Source: Dictyostelium discoideum
Lineage: Eukaryota
NCBI GenBank assembly: GCA_000004695.1
Contig: CM000150.2
Location: forward strand, 1,984,001-2,048,000
Direction of reading: 5' to 3'
Length of the DNA stretch: 64,000 bases
Both the position numbers and the translations under genes were made by a program. The notes beneath the pieces are model-generated. The model made no database searches. It saw only the letters and a program-made list of their open reading frames with translations, and had not been told where the DNA came from. Positions 24,794-33,891 of the stretch are shown here, in pieces (position 1 is the stretch's first letter; each line of letters opens with the position of its first letter).

Positions 24794-25048
24794 ATGGGTC
24801 CCCGACAAAAAAAAGAAATTGAAGCAGATCCTGAAACGGTCAAATTAATTAAAATTAAAAAAGCACAACAAAGAATGGCTGAACAAGAAGAAAGAAGAAG
24901 GTTGATGCAAGAAGAAAGTGAAAGAAGACGATTGCAAAGAAACAGAGAAAGACAAGAGCCAATTAGAACTTATGCAACTGCACAAGAAGCTCAAAGATAT
25001 ATACCCAAACCTGGTAACTTTGCACGTAAAAGAGGTGCAAGAAATTAA
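24794..25048 (+). CDS. Small basic Arg/Glu-rich protein, arm copy 2 (84 aa, apparently intact).
   Basis: MGPRQKKEIEADPETVKLIKIKKAQQRMAEQEERRRLMQEESERRRLQRNRERQEPIRTYATAQEAQRYIPKPGNFARKRGARN. Inverted paralog of 20502-20705. Confidence 0.5.
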   Translation: MGPRQKKEIEADPETVKLIKIKKAQQRMAEQEERRRLMQEESERRRLQRNRERQEPIRTYATAQEAQRYIPKPGNFARKRGARN

Positions 25049-25230
25049 AAAAAGAAAAAAATAAAAATAATTAAAAGAAATAAAAAAAAAAAAAAAAATT
25101 AAAAATTAAAAATTTAAAAAAAAAAAAATAAACTAGATCTCTTATATAAGAGTTATAAAAAAAAAAATAAAAGTAAAATAAAATAAAAAAATTTAAAACA
25201 GTTCTTTTTATTTAATTAACACTTTTTTTT

Positions 25231-25689
25231 CTATTCATCTTCTTCAGAATCAGGTAGGTTTTTTGCATCAAAATCACATTGTACACCAGGTGGCAATTCA
25301 CATAATCTAACAGGCTTTCCATCTTTAATACCAACTTTCATTGCTTTTATGACCATTCTAGCATATTCATCTTGGGGAGAGATAGGGGGTGGAGTACTGA
25401 AAAATTCTCGATACATCCAAATATCACATCCTCGAGGATTTTTTCCCAAGTTATATTCAAAAATTCTGCTGTCACTGTAATATTTGTTTATAGTCTCAAT
25501 ATAACGTTCGAATGTTATTCTATAAATCTCCTTCATTTTTTCTTTACATTCCTCTGTGCAGTAACCAGGCTGAATCTTTGGAAACTCATCTTGATCTAGT
25601 AATTCATCAAGGTAAAGAGTGAAATCTTCACTTTTTTTAAGCTTTCTTAAAGAAAATTCATCATGTTGGCAACAATATTTACTTGTCAT
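25231..25689 (-). CDS. Family A protein, intact copy (A1, 152 aa).
   Basis: MTSKYCCQHDEFSLRKLKK...DEFPKIQPGYCTEECKEKMKEIYRITFERYIETINKYY...DGKPVRLCELPPGVQCDFDAKNLPDSEEDE. Paralogs or fragments lie at 18380-18830, 25983-26195 + 30800-31056 and 35079-35411. No recognisable upstream exon. Confidence 0.55.
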   Translation of the reverse strand: MTSKYCCQHDEFSLRKLKKSEDFTLYLDELLDQDEFPKIQPGYCTEECKEKMKEIYRITFERYIETINKYYSDSRIFEYNLGKNPRGCDIWMYREFFSTPPPISPQDEYARMVIKAMKVGIKDGKPVRLCELPPGVQCDFDAKNLPDSEEDE

Positions 25690-25982
25690 TTTTATTTAAA
25701 ATTATACGTTATTAAATAAATAAAAAATAAATTAAAAAAAAAAATGGGTTAAAAATTGAAGTAAAAAAAAAAAAAATGAAAAAAAAATGAAAATAAAAAT
25801 TATTGACTTTTTTCCCACAGAAATGAGAAAAATAAATGAAATAAATAAAGACAAAAATAGAAAAAAAAAAACAAATTTTTTTAAAATGGGTGTAATTTTT
25901 ATATAATTTTTTATTTTTATTAATGGCTAATGGTGCGACAAGGGTAAGGGCTACAGTATGCAGTAATGGTGGCTATTCATCA

Positions 25983-26195
25983 TCACTCTTCTTCTTTTGA
26001 TTCACTTTCTCCTTCTGAATCGGTTAGACCAGTTGTTTCAATTTCTACATCTACACCCCTTGGCACGTCACATAATCTAACTAGTTTACCATTAAGTATT
26101 CCCGCTTTCATAGTTTTTAAAATACTATCACGGTACTCCGGATCAATCTTCTCCTCTTCTAAACAATCATTGTATGTCTGACAGCCAACTGTCAT
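25983..26195 (-). pseudogene. C-terminal half of a family A gene (A2), separated from its N-terminal half by the E1 insertion.
   Basis: MTVGCQTYNDCLEEEKIDPEYRDSILKTMKAGILNGKLVRLCDVPRGVDVEIETTGLTDSEGESESKEEE starts exactly at the element boundary (ATGAC on the minus strand, equal to the GTCAT direct repeat). It aligns to the C-terminal half of A1. Confidence 0.6.
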
Positions 26196-26398
26196 TGTTG
26201 TAGGGAATTTTCCATAAAATTTCACTACAGTAGCGTAGTGAATTTTATTATTTAATTTCACTACAGTAGCGTAGTGAAAAAAAAAAATCACTGACCTTAA
26301 ATTTTTTTTTTTTTCAAAAAACAAATAAAGTTTATTAAATTGAAATTTTATTTTTTGTTTTAATTATTATTTTATTTATTTTTATTATAATTATTGTT

Positions 26399-26438
<40 letters not shown>

Positions 26439-26706
26439 CAATTTTTTTTTTTTAAATTTTTTTCAATTTTTATTTGTTTATTAAATTGTAATTTTATTTT
26501 TTGTTTTAATTATTATTTTATTTATTATTATTGTTAATTTTTTTTTTTTTTCAATTTTTTTTTTTTTAATTTATTTTTATTAATTTATTTTTATTAACTC
26601 CCTGAGTTGTTCAATTGCTTGATTTACCATATCACTGTAAACACTGCACACAATTGAATTTTTTCTAGCTTTGTTACCTCTGGTGCATTTGATGTTTTTG
26701 CATTTT

Positions 26707-27465
26707 CACAGCGAAGAAAAAACCACCTTTAAATTCGCTTTAAATTAAATTTAAATTTGCTTTAAAGTCCTGAATTAAAGCAATTTTAAAGGTAATTTTA
26801 AAGGTAATTTATAAGGTTACTTTAAAATCACCTTAAAAATTACCTTTAAAATTACCTTTAAAATTACCTTTTTAATGGCTTTAAAAGCGAGGTCCTGAGT
26901 TCGAAGCCGTTATTTAACGGATAAATTTTTTAAAATTTTTTTTTTAATTTTTCAAAAATTACCAAAAGGGATTCGATCCCCCGACCCTCTATCAAAGGGT
27001 AGTCTCATCAACCATTACACCATTTGATTGCTTTGATGAAAAATTTAAAAATGATAGAATATTTTATCCCCATTTTTTTTTTCTAAAATTAGATCTTTTT
27101 TATTAAAAACCTTAAATTTATGTTTAAAGGAAATTTAAATTCACTTTAAATCTACTTTAAATATACTTTAAATCCTATTTAAAATTAATTTAAAATAAAT
27201 TTTAAAGGTATTTTTAAATATCTTAAAAATTATCTTAAAAATTACCTTAAAAATTACCTTTAAAATCACCTTTAAAATCACCTTTAAAATTGCTTAAAAA
27301 TTTATTTTAAAGCAAATTTTAAAGGCATTTTTAAATATCTTAAAAATTACCTTAAAAATTACCTTAAAAATGAATTTTTTAAACGCGGCTTTAAATTCAA
27401 TTTAAATCCAATTTAAATCAACTTTTCTTTAAATTTGCTTTAAAGGTGCATTTTTCTTTGCTGTG
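26707..27465. mobile_element. Nested 759-bp MITE-like element. It has ~27-bp terminal inverted repeats (cacagcgaagaaaaaaccacctttaaa / tttaaaggtgcatttttctttgctgtg), subterminal 12-bp periodic repeats (ttaaaggtaatt / taaaaattacct) and a tRNA-like core.
   Basis: Termini and repeats were read from the sequence. The internal segments ggtcctgagttcgaagcc (about 26893) and 26968-27031 (minus strand) have tRNA-like D and T arm sequences (TGGTGTAATGGT, GGGGGATCGAATCCC) but do not fold into a complete cloverleaf by hand. Confidence 0.45.
26968..27031 (-). other. tRNA-like fragment (Ile-GAU-like anticodon arm ACCCT-TTGATAG-AGGGT). No valid acceptor stem could be found.
   Basis: Hand folding only: the anticodon stem-loop and a T-arm-like GGGGG-ATCGAAT-CCCTT segment are present. 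No matching acceptor stem was found. Confidence 0.25.
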
Positions 27466-27974
27466 TTCCTTTGTATACAAAAAAGTCCAAATATAATTCG
27501 TTTTCTATTACAGTTTTTACACAATGTTGGTGAAATTGTTTTGATTTTAATTCTAATGCTTCTAACATCATATTTGGATTTTTAACGATTAAAGCATCAC
27601 CACTATTTACATATAGTACTTTGGCTGCTTTTTCGAGGAATTTAGTCAAATTTTCCTCTGAATCTAACTATTCTTCATTGCCATATTCAATGGCTAAATT
27701 TCTTAAGAGTTTTATCGAATCTATTAATTCTTCGATCATTCTTTTTTTTTGAAATTTTTTTTTATTTTGTTTTTTCAATTTTTTTTTTTTATTTTGTTTT
27801 TTCAATTTTTTTTAAGTTTTATTTTTTTTTATTTTTTTTTATTTTTTTTAACAAATGTAATTTTTTTTTATTTTTTTCAATTTTTTTTTTTTTTAATTTT
27901 TAATTTTTTTTTTTTTTTTTAATTTTTTGTGTTGATTTGTGTTTTTTTTGTTTTTTTGATTTGGCCACTTGTTT

Positions 27975-28961
27975 TTATTTTCTAATTTCCCCATACCCCC
28001 TTCTATTAATTGCAACCAAATCAAGTTCTAATTTTTGTGTCCTTGTTAACTTTGTTTTTGCAACTTTTTTTGAAGGTATCACATTAACGATTTTTCCTAT
28101 TGATGGTGATTTGGAAGGTGATTTAAATGGTGATTTAAAAGGTGAATTGGAAGGTGATTTAAATGGTGAATTGGAAGGTGAAATGGATGGTGATTTGGAA
28201 GGTGATTTAAATGGTGATTTGGAAGGTGATTTAAATGGTGATTTAAATGGTGAATTGGAAGGTGAAATGGATGGTGATTTGAGAGGTGATTTGGATGGTT
28301 TAGAATGTGATTTTAAAGGAGGTTTATTAACAATTGGTATCTTATGAGGACGGCCTCTGAGACGTTTAACAGTTGTTACTATACCACTACCAGATTGTGG
28401 TATAGTATACGATGGTATTATTTGCACTTGAGGTATTGGTGGTACTATTTCTTTTAAATTCATATCCTTTCTCAAACAATTCATTAAATTTGGCGCTGTT
28501 GGATTATTATTTAAAAATGGGAGTATTTCTTCTTGTTCCATTTCATTATTGAGTTTGTGTTGAAATGGATTATCGTTAATGATAGGTGGAATATTTGATG
28601 GATTGTTAAGAGCATCTTCCAAAACCCTAAATGGATCATTTTGTGTTACCAATTGATGCAAGTTGAAATTGGATAAATCCTTACCAAGATTTTTAATAAA
28701 CTGAACCAGAAATTCAATAACTTTCCCATCATTATTTAAATAAAGACCAGAAGTAAAAGAATCAATATCTTTTTGTATGTTTGGCGATGTTCTAAAAATA
28801 TCAACTGTTGATTGTTTATAAAGAACCAACTTGTTACCTCCTACAAAACCAGAGTATAAACCTTTTTTTTGAAGGCTATTGATTCCATCTTCCAAAAATT
28901 CAAGTTTATAAAGTTGTTTAGTGTCTTCCTGTATTACCTTATGAATTTTACACAAAATCAA
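27975..28961 (-). CDS. AT-hook / SPKK-repeat DNA-binding-like protein (328 aa), inside E1.
   Basis: An RGRP AT-hook (KRLRGRPHKIP) is followed by about 20 repeats of (K/S)SP(S/F)K. These are encoded by a 12-nt periodic DNA repeat (ggtgatttaaat/ggtgaattggaa on the plus strand, 28090-28320). The N-terminal 200 aa are non-repetitive. Confidence 0.4.
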   Translation of the reverse strand: MILCKIHKVIQEDTKQLYKLEFLEDGINSLQKKGLYSGFVGGNKLVLYKQSTVDIFRTSPNIQKDIDSFTSGLYLNNDGKVIEFLVQFIKNLGKDLSNFNLHQLVTQNDPFRVLEDALNNPSNIPPIINDNPFQHKLNNEMEQEEILPFLNNNPTAPNLMNCLRKDMNLKEIVPPIPQVQIIPSYTIPQSGSGIVTTVKRLRGRPHKIPIVNKPPLKSHSKPSKSPLKSPSISPSNSPFKSPFKSPSKSPFKSPSKSPSISPSNSPFKSPSNSPFKSPFKSPSKSPSIGKIVNVIPSKKVAKTKLTRTQKLELDLVAINRRGYGEIRK

Positions 28962-29031
28962 TATTTTCTATTAGAATTAAATATAAAATTTGTTAATTAT
29001 TACTGTTTCATATATTATTAATCTTTATGTT

Positions 29032-30268
29032 TTAATTACTTACATTATTTTTTTTAATTTCTAGAAAGAGTACAGTATCACCAACTTTCAATCCCTTTGG
29101 TGGTTTTGAATTCCATTGATTTTGGTAACTTGTGAGATTTTCAAGAATAATAGCTGTTCTTTCTTCTTTTGAAACATCTGAAACACCAATTGATTGAGAG
29201 TCTTGTTCTGATTGAACATTAATAAACAAAGGAACAATACCAACAGCTTGAGATGGTGTCATTTTAATTGTTCTTGTTTTTGTATTATTGTAATCATACA
29301 AAGCTTGTTTTAATAGTTCAGAAAGAGACCTAGAAGTACCATCAAGAAAACTAAAATTTATTTATAAATGATTAATTAATAAACATATCGATAATTTATA
29401 TTGTTCACAATATCATACTCTTGTTGTTTTAATTTTGAGATCCTCTCCTTGATAGTTCGATTCAATCTTTCTACCATACCTTGAGTTGTTGGTGTACGAG
29501 GAGCTCCATGTGCTGACTTGGAGCCTGGAAAAAGTTTTAGGAATTCTTTTTGGACTTTGTTTTTAAATTCACGTCCATTATCGCAGTGCCATACTTTCAC
29601 AGGTTTGCCAAAGTACGTGAGAGCCAAAAAATTGTATATGGGAACTGTTCTCTTTGTTGTCAAACATCTAAAAAATAAATGATAATTAAAATAAAAAAAG
29701 AAAACTAATAAATTAATAAATAAAAAATAAATACCTTCCAGTAGCAAATTTTGTAAAAGAATCTATGCATAGAATAATGTAAACAACATCGGTGTCGTAC
29801 GGTTGTACAGAGTCATATTGGATAAGATCATCTAGTTTAGTTAGTATCTTTTCATTATCATCATCGTATGTAACTTTTTCTTTATGTTCACCTTTAATTG
29901 ATGTTAAATCATAAACCAATCTTGAGTATTCCTCGGTATCTACAATTGGAGCAAAATCCTTTGTTATACCTATTAATTTATTTAAATTATTAAAAGAGTT
30001 TTAATATAAAAGTTACAAAACATCATATAAAAATGATTGATACCAAACCTTTTATTCTATTTCGTTGGCAAATGTCACACGTATCTACTGCATCAGATAC
30101 AAAAGAATACAATCCCATATTATAATATTTAGTCTTGTAGTTCCCATAGGTTGCATCTCTTCCTATATGACCTTTATGCATTTCTTCCCAGAGTGATACC
30201 ATTCTATAATCATTAATTACTTCTAAACACACTTCTTTTGATATATTTCTATCTCCGCCACAATTCAT
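29032..30268 (-). mobile_element. Degenerate Ty3/gypsy-type LTR-retrotransposon integrase remnant (Skipper/DGLT-like), fragmented across three or four ORFs.
   Basis: An HHCC zinc-binding motif is present (HKGHIGRDATYGNYK...CDICQRNRIKG). An integrase core is present (KVWHCDNGREFKN...SAHGAPRTPTTQGMVERLNRTIKERI). A C-terminal SH3-like KVGDTVLFLEIKK is present. Stops and frameshifts lie between the pieces. Confidence 0.6.
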
Positions 30269-30487
30269 GACTTTTTTTTCAATTCTAAATAATTTTTCTT
30301 TTCTGTTTCTGTTTTTTATTGGTCAGAATTTAAAAAATGATTGTGTTATTGTAAGGAAAAATATTTACTCATCATGTAAAAATTTATAATTTTTATGTTT
30401 AGTATTTTCAAAATTATTATCTTCAATAAATTTTAAATAATTTATAATTTCATTTATTTTATCTTGTTTCATTTTGGGAAAATGAAA

Positions 30488-30522
<35 letters not shown>

Positions 30523-30799
30523 TGTTGGGGAAAAAAAAAAAAAGTTTTGGCGCAAAAAAAAAAAAAAAAATAAAATAAAAAAAAAAAAAAATAAAATAAA
30601 AAAAAAAAAAAATAAAAAAACTTATATAGAACTAATAATCAAATAAAAGATAATAATTTAATAAACTTTATTTGTTTTTTGAAAAAAAAAAAATTTAGGG
30701 TCAGTGATTTTTTTTTTTCACTACGCTACTGTAGTGAAATTAAATAATAAAATTCACTACGCTACTGTAGTGAAATTTTATTGAAAATTCCCTACAACA

Positions 30800-31056
30800 G
30801 TCATTATTGGTGGGTCTGGGAAACTTTTGAATATTTTACAATCATCATAGTAATTATTAACTGCCTTGAGATATCCTTCGAAAGTTATCCTATAAATTTC
30901 TTTCATTTTTTTTTTACATTCTTTTGTACAGAGTCTATTTATCTCAGGGAATCTATCCTGGTCAAATAATTTATCATCGTATAAAAAGGGGCCAAGTTTT
31001 TTAAGGTTTTCTATTGAAAAGCGGTCATGTCCGCATCCACCTACTTTTCTCAACAT
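30800..31056 (-). pseudogene. N-terminal half of family A gene A2. The reading frame runs into the E1 terminal repeat (...PDPPIM then TVVGNFQ, stop).
   Basis: MLRKVGGCGHDRFSIENLKKLGPFLYDDKLFDQDRFPEINRLCTKECKKKMKEIYRITFEGYLKAVNNYYDDCKIFKSFPDPPIM aligns to the A1 N-terminus. It ends at the GTCAT/ATGAC direct repeat. Confidence 0.6.
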
Positions 31057-31221
31057 AATTTGTTGTGTGAAAATAAAAAAAAAAATTAAAAAAATAAATT
31101 AAAAAATAAATTAAAAAAAAATTAAAAAAAATAAATTAAAAAAATAAAAAATAAAATTTAAGTTTTTATTCATCTATAAAAACACAAAAAATTTTGATAA
31201 TATTAATAATTATAATTAAAA

Positions 31222-31446
31222 ATGTTTAACAGACTGTTATATCTATATTTTTTATTAGCTTTATATTTTAACCATATCCATTGCCTGGAAAAATATGCGT
31301 CGAAATTTTACAGACCACCAACAGCAGTACACAGACAAACTGGTTACCCATGGGTTTGTACAAGATATTTGGATGATACTAAAGAAGTGGTACAAAAAGA
31401 ATGCAAACACCCGGGTATATATTTAATTTTTGTAAATTCACCATAG
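31222..31446 (+). pseudogene. Family B fragment (B2, 74 aa ORF).
   Basis: KFYRPPTAVHRQTGYPWVCTRYLDDTKEVVQKECKHPGIYLIFVNSP is similar to the B1 segment at 19339-19450. DNA similarity continues up to the E2 boundary. Confidence 0.35.
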
Positions 31447-31480
31447 TCTACCTCTTTGGTTAATTTGTTCCATACACCTA

Positions 31481-31696
31481 TGTTGTAGGGAATTTTTTTT
31501 GAAATTTCGCTTTCTAAACGGCAGTGAATTTTTACACTAAAATACACTGTTTATGCATGGTGTAAAAATTCACTAAATTTTTTTTTTTTTATAATTAAAT
31601 TAAAAAACAATTTATTTAATCAGAAAAATAAAAAACCAATTTTATTCAGTTATTTGCTTGTTATTTATTTTTTTATAACAAAAAAATTTAGTTTGC

Positions 31697-31754
<58 letters not shown>

Positions 31755-31837
31755 CAATTATTTTTTTCAATTTTTTTTTTTATCGATTGTTTCATTTTTG
31801 GGGAATAAAATAAAATTGTTCGATAAAAAAAAAATTG

Positions 31838-31900
<63 letters not shown>

Positions 31901-32102
31901 GGTTTATATTTTAATTATGGTATTCATTATTGTTTATATAATTATTTTTAGTATTTATATTATTTATAATTATAAACTCGAGTTAATAGAATTATTATTA
32001 TTATTATTATTATTTAAATGTGGGTCAACTATAATTAGTGTCTTAGTTCACTTATTTAATATTAACTTATTTTTGTGTCTTCGTTACATAAAAAAAAAAA
32101 TG

Positions 32103-32134
<32 letters not shown>

Positions 32135-33156
32135 AAAAAAAAAATAAAAAAAAAAAGAAAAATAAAAAAAAAAAGAAAAATAAAAAATAAAAAAAAAAAT
32201 AAAAAAAATAAAAAAAAAATAAAAAAAAAAGAGGGTACCCCCCCCTAAAAAAAATAATAATTTTAATAATAATAATAATAATAATAAAAATGAAAATTAA
32301 TATTTAAATAAAAAAAAGAGGGTACCCCCCTAAAAAATGTTGGAATTTAATTAAATTTATTTTTTATTTTTTTTATTTTTTAATTTTATTTTTTTTATTT
32401 TTTAATTTAAAAAATGTTGATATAAAACAAAAAAATTTTTTCAAAAAAAACATTTCAAATTATTTTTAACAAATTATATTATTATACTTTAATGTATGTG
32501 TACAATTTTAAAAATTTAAAATTTGTTCTATTTTTATCAATCATATCATGTATATTTATTAATTAAATCTCATATATTCTTATTCCCAGCAAATGACATC
32601 AGGTGGAATCGTACAACCAGGCCAAAATCTCTCACAACGTCCAATAAACGGCCAATATGGCTGGGGACCAGCAGCAGGAAGTGCCGCAAATCCACGTGGC
32701 GATCTCCGTGGTTACACTTACAATATTAGATAGTTTCGCTGTCTATTTCTGAATATTCAGAAATCTTTGTTTAATGCCAAAAATAGTAGATATCTATTAT
32801 ATTTTCTCATTTTATAAATCTGATAAGATCTGTCTTAAATAAAAAAAATCAAATTTTTTTATAAATTAAAAAAAATCATTTCCGCAAATCCGCAAAAAAT
32901 AGCGGGAATTAAATTATTTATTGTTTTTTAAATTGTTTTTTTTGCGTGATATGAAATGAACAGCAAATGAACAACGTGTGAGTTGTATTAGCTGATGGTA
33001 ATATTTATTTATTTTTGTTTAATTAAAAAATTTTTTATAAAATAAAAAAAAAAAAAAATTTTAGTGAATTTTTACACTACGCATAAACAGTGTATTTTAG
33101 TGTAAAAATTCACTGCCGTTTAGAAAGCGAAATTTCAAAAAAAATTCCCTACAACA
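31481..33156. mobile_element. E2: 1.7-kb element with ~97-bp terminal inverted repeats sharing the terminal 16 bp (tgttgtagggaatttt) with E1. Flanked by a 6-bp direct repeat CACCTA. The interior is non-coding.
   Basis: 31481-31577 is the reverse complement of 33061-33156 with one 3-nt difference. Each arm contains a 15-bp-stem hairpin (agtgaatttttacac...gtgtaaaaattcact). CACCTA lies at 31475-31480 and 33157-33162. The interior has poly(A/T) tracts and two GAGGGTACCCCCC boxes (32231, 32318). Confidence 0.55.
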
Positions 33157-33584
33157 CACCTATCTATGGGTGGTATGACTTTTAATATGGTTACTTCAGC
33201 ATTTTCGAAATTAATATTTGAAATCATTTGATAGTAAAACGTTAGACAATTTGAATAGGTTTGATTGTTTATGATTTTCAAAACCGATGTATCAAAGTAA
33301 ACAATATCATACTCTGACGATGACAAAGCATTACATAAATCATTAGCTTCCACAGCCAATAGGTATTTTTGTAAAGTTTCAAACTGATCATTAGCAAATG
33401 GAAACTTTGAGTACATATCCTTTAGGAGAGCATTAGCTACAGTGGAATCAGTAGGTTCACCGAAAAATCCAACCTTTTGACCAATAAGGATTTCTTTTCT
33501 TTCATATGACTCTTTAATTCTATTTAAAATTGTTGTTTTTCCAGAACCAATTGGACCTGTAGTAATTTTAATCTTAGGAGGCAT
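33135..33584 (-). CDS. P-loop NTPase, deoxynucleoside/nucleotide kinase-like ORF (149 aa). Its 3' end runs into the E2 terminal repeat, so it is likely interrupted.
   Basis: A Walker A motif ITTGPIGSGKTTILNRIKE is followed by GFFGEPTDS, resembling the dNK EGNIGSGKTT...EP pattern. The last 6 codons (VVGNFF) are encoded by the E2 TIR. Confidence 0.35.
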   Translation of the reverse strand: MPPKIKITTGPIGSGKTTILNRIKESYERKEILIGQKVGFFGEPTDSTVANALLKDMYSKFPFANDQFETLQKYLLAVEANDLCNALSSSEYDIVYFDTSVLKIINNQTYSNCLTFYYQMISNINFENAEVTILKVIPPIDRCVVGNFF

Positions 33585-33891
33585 TTTTTTTTTTCTTTTT
33601 TATTTATTTTTAGATATTATCTTGTTTTATTTTTTTTAAAAAAAAATAATAATTTATATCCATTTTTAAAAAAAACAAAAAAGCTTCCATGGTGTTCTTT
33701 TTTTTAAAAAAAGAATTCTATTAAAGAATAGTTATAAAAATAAAAAAAAAAAAAAAATAAGGGAAGAAAAAAAAAAAATCTTGGTTTTGATTTTCAAAAA
33801 AAAAAAAAAAAAAAAAAAAAAATTAAAAATTATAAAAAAAAAAAAAAAAAATATCTTCTTTTTTTTTAAAAAAAAAAAATAAAGAATAAAA

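Larger units (their letters stand above)
26196..30799. mobile_element. E1: 4.6-kb element with ~104-bp terminal inverted repeats, flanked by a 5-bp direct repeat GTCAT. It has interrupted a family A gene. It carries a nested MITE-like element, an AT-hook ORF and a Ty3/gypsy integrase remnant.
   Basis: The left end tgttgtagggaattttccataaaatttcactacagtagcgtagtgaattttattatttaatttcactacagtagcgtagtgaaaaaaaaaaatcactgacc (26196-26300) is the reverse complement of 30697-30799. The TIR contains two tandem hairpin motifs ttcactac-gctact-gtagtgaa. GTCAT lies at 26191-26195 and 30800-30804. Joining the flanks restores one family A ORF of about 157 aa. Confidence 0.65.

Noticed and set aside
26968-27031. 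Calling this a functional tRNA-Ile gene
   Set aside because: The anticodon and T arms are recognisable, but no acceptor stem or proper D arm can be formed. It is kept only as a tRNA-like fragment.
31344-31547. Minus-strand 67-aa ORF spanning the E2 left terminus
   Set aside because: It reads from TIR sequence into the family B fragment in antisense. It probably arises from the open frame of the TIR.
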